This document shows, piece after piece, positions 12,201-24,200 of a DNA stretch of 64,000 nt (position 1 is the first letter of the stretch; each line of letters starts with the position of its first letter). The stretch comes from Callorhinchus milii (Eukaryota), in contig NW_024704742.1 of the NCBI RefSeq assembly GCF_018977255.1, positions 12,278,001 to 12,342,000 of the forward strand. Direction: 5' to 3'. Under the pieces are notes generated by a model that was not told the DNA's origin, did not search any database, and worked only from the letters and a program-made list of their open reading frames with translations. The translations under genes and the position numbers were made by a program.

Positions 12201-15200
12201 CATTGGGCATATGCATCGCTACAGGCCTGACTAGCTGGGCAGCATCACTTTTCCTGGTGTTATCATCAAGTGATCGAGCCGAGAGCCCAGAGTGAGCTAC
12301 GTCCGGAATGAGGCGAGGCCAGAGTGGGAGGAAATTTGGTGAGAGTGGGAATTGCTGCTGTGAGTGTCGTGAGAACTGCTATCGTGAGTACATAACCCAA
12401 TTTCTTGTTGTTGTTATTATTCAAGTCTTGTAGTAGTTGTTGTAGTTGTTTTAAGTATTGTGTTAGTTAAAATTGCTGATACCATTGGTACATTGGTCTT
12501 GTGGGGTAACTTTACAGGGAGCAGCTGTAGCCAATTAGGCCTAGCCAATAACAAGTAACTTATTGATTAAATTAACTTATTGATTCATCAATTAATTAGG
12601 TGTTAATTCCAAATTAGTACTGAGCAAATCAAAAACGGGTTGCACCCAGAAAGTATAAACAGGAGCTGTGAGAGCCCAGATTGAGCTACGTCCGGAGTGA
12701 GGCGAGGCCAGAGTGTGAGGGAATTTGGTGAGAGTAGGAATTAGGTACAGAGGGGGAAGTGGGGGCAGGCTTTATGTCTTTGTATCTATATAAAGATTGT
12801 GAAGATGGTGTGGCAGGTAAACTGCGAGGTCTGTCACATGTGGGAGTTGATGGAGGGTGCCTTAAGCCCGGGCGACTTCATCTGCCGCAAGTGTCTGGAA
12901 ATCAGGGAGCTTCAGCTAAGAGTAGCTGAGCACGGGGACCTGATAGAGGTCTTCAAGATCATGAAAGGTTTCGACAGGCTAGATAGGGAAAAGCTGTTTC
13001 TGCTGGTAGGTGTGTCTGTGACTCGTGGTCACAGTCTTAAGTATCTACCAAAAGAAGCAGAGGGGAGGTTAGATGAAATTTTTTCACTCAGCGAGTTGTT
13101 AGAATTTGGAATGATCTGCCCGAAAGGGCAGTGAAGTCCGATCCGATAACAGCTTTTAAGAGAGAACTGGATAGGTATCTGGGGAAGATGGGTTTGCAGG
13201 GTTATGGGGAGAAAGCTGGTGAGTGGGGTTAATAAAAGTCAGTTTCTCTGTCAAAGAGCCGGCACAGACTCGATGGGCCGAATGGCCTCCTTCTGTGCCG
13301 TAATATTCTATGATTCTATGAAGTGGCGTATCATTGTTTGATAGGGTTATCCCTGTGATAGAATGTGGAGTAGCTCTGATTGCCATCAGTCACATAAGTA
13401 AGCGTTTCCATCCATTGTGTTCTTGAGAATTGTTTTTAGTGTCTGCTTTCTTGAGAATTGTTTTTAGTGTCTGCACTCCCCTCTCTACTACCCTTGACAA
13501 TTGGGAAATGTGAAGCTTTTGCTGAATATCCAACATATTCTGTAATTCGGTGAAGATCCGCCTGGTGAAATGAGACCCCTGGTCGCTACCGACTTGCACC
13601 AGTATTCCCCACCACTTCACGCAATAGCAGCCTAGCTGCCGTCAAGGCGGTGTTGGATTTAGTGGGGAATGCCTCCATCCATTTGGTGAATTTGTAAACC
13701 CCCTTGGCCGATGAAATCAATCTGTAGGTGGGTCTATGGGCCTTCCGGAGATGGGCCGGAAGCCAGCAGTGCTCGGTTGTTGCGCTTTGGTGGGTTGTGT
13801 TGTCGACATACCAGACACCGCTGTGCCCGTGTTGTAATGTCAGCAGCCACCGACGGCCACCACATGGTAAACAAGACGAGTTGTATGATGACTGCGGCAG
13901 ATACATGTCCGGCAGTGGGGTGTGAGTGAAATAAGAGGAAGACCTCATCTGCCAAAAATGGTGGTACACATACCACTGGGCATTTCCCTGTGGGAGCATA
14001 CATGAGCAATGGCTTAGTCCCCGAGTCACTTGAGGTTTGCTCTACCTGTGTGTCCAAAACCCAATCAGTGGGAGGAGGGTTGGGTTTTCCCTCGTTGTGC
14101 CAAGCCATCATTTGCCGGGTCATGGGTTTGCTGCAGAGATCCCAAGTCGATTGCCTCTGTTGTGCACTGTTAACCATTTCTGCACAGTTCAACTGCAGTA
14201 CTGGTGGGGACCATATGGTGGCATGGCGCGCGGCGTGCTTGACAGCTCGATGGCAGCTTGTCCAACATCATGCCCTGCCAGGAATTGAACCCAAGTCTCT
14301 CACTAGCAAGGCAAGTGCTCTAACCACTGAGCTACAGAACTTCTGTTCAGTCTGTCTTGGATAATTGTGGATCTGAGTGAGGTTTTTGATGAGACTCATC
14401 TTTGAGGATGAGTCTTCACTTTCACAGATTATTACAGATTGTAATGTCCACAGCATACAAAGAGCAACAGTAGAACATTTGCACCTAATGCAGATAAATG
14501 CATCGGGTGTGACTGCCTGTGCTGCTGGCAGCAGAACAGACGAATCGCTTGGGCACTCTGCTCCTACACATCTGCCAATCTGAATGTACATCTGAATGTA
14601 CATTGCAGAAAAATGTACAGTGCATTTAAAATTTGATTATAAGGGGTTCACTCTGACATACAGTATTTAATAAAAATTGAATTAAAATAGACAAAGCAGA
14701 TCCTGGAATGCTTACATTGGTACTTTCAAGCTAAACTTAATGCTAGCATATTTTGCACAGAGAGAAAGAAGGGATAAATTGAGTAAATCTGCTGCAGTCA
14801 ATGGAAAAAAAACTATTATGAAAGCATTGACTGAAAAAATCAAATAAATTAGCCTTCAAAATAAAGTAAACTCTGATTGTTAATCAGTTAAAATTTACCT
14901 CTGTTGGCTCCTAATATTATTTTAAATTATTAATGATTGCATTTTTCTTATGATTAATTATTTAACACACAGAATGAATCATAAGAGTTATTCAAGCTTT
15001 GATAAGTGAAACTGGAGTATTAGAGATTTAATGTCTGCAGTTACAAATGATAAGTAGGCTAGCAGAAAGATTAGATTCACTCTTAACTACATCTGCTGCT
15101 TGTAATGTTTATTCTGGTAAAGGTTTCATCACCATCTCTGAAGCAAGCTAATGGTGCTATATAATTTACATTCATATTTTAACCTATTTGAATCAATCCA

Positions 15201-18200
15201 GGAAGGTCCAGTTAATAGATCAGTACAATTTGTTGCAGTGAAATCATCATGAAAAAAACTGTCTGTATGATGTTTCACATACTTACTGTCTCAAAAATAT
15301 TATCTCAGTTTGAACCACATTAAACGATCCCCTACCTATAAAGAGTAACTGAACAGGTCATGATCAAGTGGTGAAATTCTTGAAATTCTCAGATTACATA
15401 CAACAACTTCATATGAATAGTGTCTTGGAATGTTTAACAGAAGTGAGGTTTGAAGCTGAAAAGTGAGGGGAGGTGACCAGAGGCACAGTCAAAGACTTCA
15501 GGTTTGATTTGAAGAAGGGCAAAGAGGAGGCAAGATGGAGGGAGTGAGGCAAGGAACTGAGCAAAGGTGGCAGGTAGTGAACAAATCAGGGATGTGGACT
15601 CCTGTCTTTCCTTTCCACTTTTCGAACCCCTTCAGTCAGGTTTCCGTGCTGCCCATAGCACAGAAACTGCCCTGGTCAAGGTCACCAATGATATCCTGAC
15701 CATCTGTGACCAGGGCTCCCTCTGTCTCCTCGTCCTCCTCGACCTATCGGCAGCATTCGATACGGTCGACCACGCTATCCTCCTCCACCGCTTGTCCTCC
15801 CACCTCAACCTTCAAGGCACTGTCCTTGAATGGTTTAGGTCGTACCTTTCTCACCGTCTTCACTTTGTCTCGACGAATGGCTTCTCCTCCACCCCCCGTA
15901 CTGTCTCATGTGGTGTCCCTCAGGGCTCTGTCCTTGGTCCCCTCCTCTTCACCCTCTATATGCTCCCCCTTGGTGACATCATCCGCAGACATGGAGTTAA
16001 CTTCCACATGTATGCGGATGACACCCAACTCTACCTTTCCTCCTCTACTCTCAACTCCACGACCACCGATGTCCTGACAGCTGCCTGTCCGACATCGAGT
16101 CCTGGACGAGAGACAACTTTCTTCAGCTCAACGTGCGAAAAACCGAGGCCCTCCTGATTGGCTCACGTCAGCGCCTCCGCACCTCAGGCGCTGACACCAT
16201 CAGCATCCAAGGCTGCACTCTCCACCTCTCAAAGCCAGTCAGGAACCTCGGCGTTTTGTTCGACCCTGAGCTGTCCTTTCTCCCTCACATCCGCACCACA
16301 ACTGGCACCGCCTTCCATCACCTCCGGAACATCGCCAGACTACGGCATTACCTCACCCCTCACGCTGCTGAAACCCTGGTCCACGCCTTTGTCACCTCAA
16401 GGCTGGACTATGGGAACTCTCTCCTCGCCGGCCTTCCCGCCACCTCCCTCCACAAGCTGCAGGTCATTCAGAACTCTGCAGCTCGTGTACTGTCCCGCAC
16501 CAGGCTTCGGGACCACATCACTCCCACCCTCGCTCGCCTCCACTGGCTCCCCATCCCCCAGAGGATTGATTTCAAGATCCTCATCCTCACCTACAAGGCC
16601 ATTCACGGCCTTGCTCCCTCCTACCTCTCCAACCTACTATCCCCCTACCTACCTGCCCGTACCCTCCGTTCCTCTGGCTCTGGTCTGCTCCACGTCCCCC
16701 GCCCCAACCGCCCTACCATCGGTGGTCGGGCCTTCAGCCTCTCAGCCCCCAGGCTCTGGAACTCCATCCCCCAGTGCCTTCGCCGCCTCCTCCCTTTCTT
16801 CCTTCAAGGCCGGTCTCAAAACCTTTCTCTTTGACCGTGCCTTCAGCTCCCCTCTCGACTCTCTTCCCCCTCCTCGCTCCCTCCCTTCCCTCCCCTCACC
16901 CTGACCATTTCTCCCCTCCTTGCTCCCTCCTTCCCTTCCCTCCCCTCACCCTGACCATTTCCCCCCTCCTCGCTCCCTCCCTTCCCTCCCCTCATCCTGA
17001 CCATTTCCCCCCTGCTCGGGTCATGACCCAACTGTGCAGCGCCTTGGGACGTCCTCCTGACGTGAAAGGCGCTTTATAAGTGGAATCTTGTTGTTGTTGT
17101 TGTAGTGGTTAGAGCACTCGCCTCATAAGCGAGAGAACTGAGTTTGATTCCTGGCAGGACAAAATGTTGGGCAAATTTCCTTACCTCTCTTTACCTAACA
17201 GTAAGTAGGAAACCAGTTGTTAGTCGATTGGCGGATCACTTTTCCAGGGATAATAATTACTTCAAAATAATTTTTAAAAATAACTAATTGCTCACTCAAT
17301 CCATGACGGTTTGTGGGACAAACACAAACAATTGTGTGCAATTGGCTCCCGTGTTTCGCCCACAAAAAAACATACAGTCAATTCACTATACAGTATATTC
17401 TGTGAAGCGCTTTGAGACGTGCTATATCAAATGCAAAGATTATTATTATTTATTTATATCGGAGAGGTTGGCACGTGCCTGGGCATGTAGTGATTTGGCA
17501 GTGAGAGTGAGAATAGATGTGCCTCTTATTCTTAGTTCTTATAAGCAGATAGCGGCACCGATTGAATTTCAGAAAATGAGGGTAGAGTGAATGTATATGA
17601 CTATGCAAATTCCTTGCTTCTTGGCCTCCCCAACTCCTCCCTCCATAAACTGCAGATCATCCAGAACTCTGTAGCTCATGTCCTCTCCCGCACAAGGCTC
17701 TGTAACCCTACCACCCCATCATCACCCGACTCCACTGACCCATCACACAGAGGATACAGTTCAGAATCCTGGTCCTCACCTTCAAAACCCTCCTTGGCCT
17801 TCCTCCTGACCTCCTAACGCCCTACCATCCTGCTTTCTCCCTCTGCTCAGCGGGCTCCAGCGGGTTCACGTCCCCCACCTCGCACGCCCCCCCTCCCCCC
17901 ACCATTGTGGAGGCGGGCCTTCTGCCACTCTGACCCCACCCTCTGGAACTCCATACCACAGTCCCTCTACCTCGCCCCCTCCCTTGTCTCTTCAAGACCC
18001 ATCTCAAGACCCTCCTCTTCAACCGTGCTTTTGATCACGCTCCACAATCCTGACCACCATCTCAGGTCTAAAACACTGATTGTCCAGCATCTTGGGACAT
18101 CCCACAGGTTTCGCCCACAAATATAGGGTCAATTCACTTTACAGTCTATTCTGTGAAGCGTTTTGAGATGTCGAAGATGTAAAAAGCGCTCTATCAAATG

Positions 18201-21200
18201 CAAGGATTATTATTATTATTATTATTATCCTCCCGACATGAAAGACACTGTACGAATGTAATTTTGTTGTTGTTGTTTAACAACAGCAGTGATAAATAAA
18301 ATTTAGTGATGTATATCAAAAGCATTTGCGACTATTATTAAAGTTTTCCTTTAGGACATTTAATGTGATTATTTACATGTTTCTATGTGAAATATAATCT
18401 TAAAATCGAGTGTGATATTGTTGAGGATAGTGCAGAAAAAGTAGCATCTTGAGACTTGTTAAAAATCAAACACACACAAAGTTCATATCTCCCAGTTATT
18501 CAGCTTTTCATTTAAATTCCACTCAGAACAGCTGTTGAGTACTTGTTTGTTTTTTGATTACTTTCCTGGCCAAATCATGAGATTCAGATCTCATGTATGC
18601 TATCAGCAAGAAGCAATTTAGTCCGTGCATTTGATATAATCCTTGCATTTAAGGATAGCGCCTCATCGGAAAAGTGATCCACCAATCGACTAATAACCGG
18701 GTTCCTAGTCCAGAAAGTCATGCAGTGATACAATGACTTGAGTATCAGACAAGTCTTACAATACAATTGAATCATCCTATGCTCTTTGCAAACCATGCTG
18801 ATTAGTGTGTATGCACGTATCGCTCTGCCTGTTGATTAATATGCAGGATACCCTTTGTTTAGATTTGCCCAAAGGACAGATTTCAATTAATTCAGCAGAG
18901 CTCAATAATAATAATAATAATAATAATAATCCTTGCATTTGATATAGCGCTTTTCACGTCGGGAGGACGTCCCAAAGCGCTTCACAGAACACACTGTAAA
19001 GTGAATTGACTGTATATTTGTGGGCGAACGCGGCAGCCAATTGCGCACAGCAATGTCCCACAAACAGTCGTGGATTGAAAATGACCAATTTATTATTGTT
19101 TTTGGTTTTGGAGGGATTATTATTAGGCGTGTGGAGTAAGGAAACTTGCCCAAGGTTTCGCCCTGCCTGGAATTGAACTCAGGTCTCTAGCTTGCAAAGC
19201 GAGTGCTCAACCACTGAGCTACAGGACTCCACATAGTAACTTGAATTAAACACCAATAGAGCGTAGGTCTGTTTTAGATAAATAGTAATATAATAATAAT
19301 CCTTGCATTTGATATAGCGTTTTTCACGTCTTCAAGGTGTCTCAAAGCGCTTCACAGAATATGCAGTAAAGTGAATTGACTGTATACTTGTGGGCAAAAC
19401 ACGGCTATCAATTTGATAATCACATTTGTTCAATGTAGAGAATACAATTTAGCCAGCTGGTTCATTGGCAGGATTTGGAGGGGCAGGCCAATCATTCTGA
19501 GCAGTGATTCTTCCCACTCAGCTCCTATTAACCCTATAAAACAAAGCATTAACAAGCACGGTGATCCAACTTGTACAAGCAGCAGGAAGCTAGCCAGACT
19601 GTGTTTTCAAAGGTCGAGCTATGGATTTTTAGCTGGTTAAACTCCAGCAGTATCCCAACATTGCCTAACCTTGTCTAATATTAACTGTGCCTAATATTCT
19701 CTGGAATTAGGTAAGTAGGCTGCATTCCTCCAGGAAATGTGAATTCCATTCCAGACACAGGAAAATTTCCATGTGTAATATGTATACATATATCTGGTTT
19801 GAGCATATTGATGGTTTTCCGCATGCTTCAGACATCTGGCTGACCAAAAAGAAGAGAATGCACAAATACATAGCAATTGCAGATGCATTCAGACAAAATT
19901 GCATTGAGTAATGTACAACAGTGGAGAAGCCTGAACAGAATCAGTTGTATTTTCAGATGTATCAGCCAAAATTAAATTAACTTGAAATCCTATTTCTTCC
20001 ATCCTCTGCCCCAAAAGTACAGCAGACTTGCTGATCTATTAATTTTGATAATGTTCTTTGCAATGCCTCTGCCCTTCATAACCAGTTGTCACTCTTTCTG
20101 AATGGCAGGAACAATATATAATCTCAATGAATAGAACATATCTGATCAAGAAGAATTACAAATACATTATGCCCAGATAACCCCATATAATTTTGAAATG
20201 TTGTGATATATGCCCTGTTTCATATTCTGCTTATAACAGTGGAATCTAAGCCGGTAATATTTTTAAAAGGATGGGCATACATACAGAAATAATTTTGAAG
20301 AACAACTTGTAATTAAGTGCTATAGATGGCTGTATGCAATACTATGCAATAGCTTGGGTTGGGTTGCTTTTGATACTGTGGTTTGTAAAGTTGTAGAAAC
20401 TATGTAATATTTGAGTTTTGTTTGAATGACTGTTTCAACAACCATAGGTGCTAATTTCATGACAATATTCTAAAAGTATTCAATCTTCTGATCTGATTGA
20501 AGTATTATTTTTGTAGATTTAATTTTTTTTGATTTCTCCGGCCTCCTCAGCTCCGCTTCCAATTTGGGCTCTCAGTCAGAGCGCTTTGAACTGACGTACT
20601 CCTGACACGAAAAATGCTATTTCAGTACATTATTGTTGTTGAATGCATTCTTCTTACAATGTTACATCTCATAACAGATTCACACAGAACGTTGGGAGCA
20701 TACTTCCCATGTTCCTGATACTGGCTTTTATATTTTCGGTCGCCATGATCATCAAAGGGATTGTATACGAAAAAGAAAAGTGTCTGAAGGTGATGTTGAA
20801 TACAATGGGTCTGAGAAATGGTGTGCTCTGGTTTGCATGGTTCATGGACAATATAGTCATCTTAACTATATCATCAGCGTTCCTCTCTGTGCTTCTAAAG
20901 GTAAGTTGAATAAAGAATTTCAATCATAATAAAATCGTATGGTCAAGAAAATCAGTATGAAAATCATTCTCATGATGAGAAAATCACCATCCAATAATTA
21001 AAATACTAATATGTAAAATCTGTTACTCATTTATAAATATTTAAATGTTTGCCATATGCTCTTTGTGACTTAGAAGGAAGAAAACATAATGATGAATAAT
21101 GTTGATTAAATGAATTGTGCTTGTGTCATGTTCTTCCTCAAGGAAGCATTAAGTGCAAACAGCAGATCATGAATTCAGACATGTTTCACACTTGAGATTA

Positions 21201-24200
21201 ATGTTTGTCAGATATAAATAGCTCATCTGGTGTATAATTCCAGACCTGCAATACACAATCTCATTGCTTGTCTATTTGCTGTCAGAGTTTGTTAGTCAAT
21301 TTCTGATACTTCTGGGGAAAAAAAGAAGCAGTTACAAATGTCATCTTGCTAAAATCCTCATTGAATCATTTTTTGGATATATGCAAATATTTACTGTCAG
21401 ATGTTATGTATTTTTAGTTTCATCATAAGATAGGATATTTTATTTAAGTCCCTCACAATAAATGTTTGCAAAGGTGAATTCATTAGCTAATATGCTATGT
21501 TTGCTGTGACCAGTATGCCATTAAAAGGACTGCAAACCTGTTTGAAAAATAGCATAACTCTGTCTTGACAATATGATATAATAATGTATAATATAATCCT
21601 TGCATTTGATATATCACCTCATTACGTCTTCGAGATGTCTCAAAGCACTTCACAGAATATACTGTAAAGTGAATTGAATGTATATTTTGGGGGCAAATTT
21701 ATCATGCACAATCTTTTTAAAAGTCAGAGTTCCTTTATCCAAGCCGGTGCGCAAACAGTGTGTAGTTCAGAGTCTTTTATGCCAGGAAGATTCGAGGTTT
21801 AATCTGTGATGTGTGTTGAGTTAACATAGCCTAGTCATGACAGATGAAAACTATTATAGTGGACTCAGTTTCCTCCAAGCTATAGTATGTAACAATGAGT
21901 CAATAAGTTACTATTGTTTGAACCATAGAAATGTACAGCACAGAACACCATTCAGCCTATCATGTCTATCTTGGTTCTTTAAAAGAGCACTCTCATTTAC
22001 CTGCCTTTTCTCTGTTTTGCTTCAAATTACGCCTTTTTAGATGGTTAATTAATTTATTATTATTATTCTCAACAGCTAATATGTGCGCCATTTCTAGCAG
22101 AGCTTTCCACTTCGTAAACAAAAACACCACTCCTGATCCCTCTCTCCTTTGGTAATTAGTTTAAATGAGAATGCCTTCTAGTCACTGACACACTGACCAG
22201 TGGAAATTTATCCTTAATGACTCTACGAAACCCCTATTAGGTTTCCTCTCAATCCTCTCTGTTCCAGCAAAAGTAAGCTCATTTACCCCATTCTCATAAG
22301 TCAAACCACTCATCCCTGGTATAATTTCTTCTGCACCCAGTGGCCCTGATATCCTTCCTAAATATTCTAAATGCAGAAAAACCCGTCTATAGTTTCCCAG
22401 TATATATAATGCACTTCAATTGTGCAGTGGAAAGTATGATGAAGATTAAGAGTACAATTTATTATTAATAATAATTATAATAATGATGTTACTTAATTTG
22501 ACACTAAATAGCAATTTTAAAAACTAAAATCATTACAGTTTTACATTTCTGTGAAGCGCTTTGAGGCATGTTAAGGCTCTACATCAAATGCAAGGATTAT
22601 TATATTATTATATTGCATCATTAACCCTAATTTTCATGGTAAAACCATGTATTAACCAACCACTGATGATTGCATCTAGTCTCATAAGTCAAACCACTCA
22701 TCCGCTTCAAAACCTGAATTTATATTAACACATATCTGTACCTCTGTGTAAACCCATTACAAGTGGAATTTTTGAAATTTCACGAGACAGGGGATGTGTA
22801 ATGAATCATATATGCAATTATGGTGTGAACCCAATTCTCTGATTAGTTTACATTTATGAACGTTGTCTCATGTATTTGTATCTACAAACAAGGCTTAATC
22901 ACATTTCCATTCGACAGGAGGACTCAGGGGATGCTTGCCTTTGTAAAATTTATGCGATTTCTGTGACATTGCCAAAAAGAAGGCAATAACCATGGAAAAA
23001 TGAATCGTCATAGCTTGCTTGAATTGCAGTCCTAATGATTGTTATTTTGTTTCCCTGGTTCACATGTGATTGTAGAACAGTGTGAGCTAATGAACCCATC
23101 TGTGTGTGTGCAATATATGTATGGGTTTTAGGTCTTCATCTATCATTAAAGAAACTTCTTGTGCCTTAAAGCAGTGCAAGCTGATAAATGCAGTACAGTC
23201 ATTGTATTTTATGCCACCACTGCCCTAGCACCTCCTTATCTCTCTGATCTTCTCATATTTGCAAAACCAATAGAATAGTGATAATGGGTGATTTCAATTA
23301 TTCTAACATAGACTGGGAAACACACGGTGTAAAGGGCAAGGAAGGGGAGGAATTCCTGAAATGTGTGCAGGAGAACTTTCTGGATCAACATGTTTCCAGC
23401 CTAACGAAGATGGAAGCAGTGCTGGATTTAGTTCTGGGAAATGAAGTGGGGCAAATGGAGTAGGTTTCAGAAGGAGAGCATCTGGATAACAGTGATCATA
23501 ATATCATTAAGTTTAGAAGAGTTATGGAGAAGGACAACAATCAATCAAAGCTAAAGACCCTCAACTGGAATCGGGCTAATTTCAGTGAGCTAAAAAGGGA
23601 CCTGGCCAAGATAGATTGGAAAGAGAGATTGACAGGTAAGACAGCAAATTAACAATGGGAAGCCTTCATGAAGGAGATAGTTTGGGGACAGAACAAATAC
23701 ATTCCCACAGAGGGGAAAGGTAAGATAGTCAAACCTCCCTGAATGACTAAGGAAATTGGAATTAAAATAAAACAGAAAAAGGAGACTTATGGCAAATGTC
23801 AGGTCCAAAACACACAGGATAATCAAATAGAATATAGGAAGTACAGAGGAGAAGTGAAAAGGGAAATAAGAAGGGCATAGAGATTATACAAGAAAAGATT
23901 AGCAGGAAACATAAAAGGGAACCCTAAGATATTTTATAAGCATATCAAGAGTAAAAGGTTAGTCAAAGGTAGGGTGGGTCGAATTAGGGACCCAAGTGGA
24001 AATCTTCTTGTGGAGGCAGAGGGTATGGCTGATGTACTAAATAAGTACTTTGCAACTGTCTTCACAAAAGAAGACGATGCAACCAATGCCACAATATTGC
24101 AGGCGTGTGAACAGAAATTGGATATGATAAAAATCAACAGAGTGGAGGTACTAAAAAGGCTGTCGGTGCTCAACATAGATAAATCACCTGGTCTGGACGG

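Noticed and set aside
14386..14412. Small hairpin agactcatc-tttgag-gatgagtct
   Set aside because: A 9-bp stem is within chance expectation for 64 kb and has no supporting context.
16158..17079. Long Pro/Ser-rich ORFs
   Set aside because: Alternative frames of the C-rich L2.
18902..19153. Recurrent ORFs such as MGKFPYST...KCKDYYYY and [13 protein letters not shown]
   Set aside because: Chance translations of the multi-copy SINE.
19160..19230. tRNA-Ala(TGC)-like sequences here and at other SINE heads
   Set aside because: No acceptor stem closure; each is attached to a SINE body and tail, so they are not tRNA genes.
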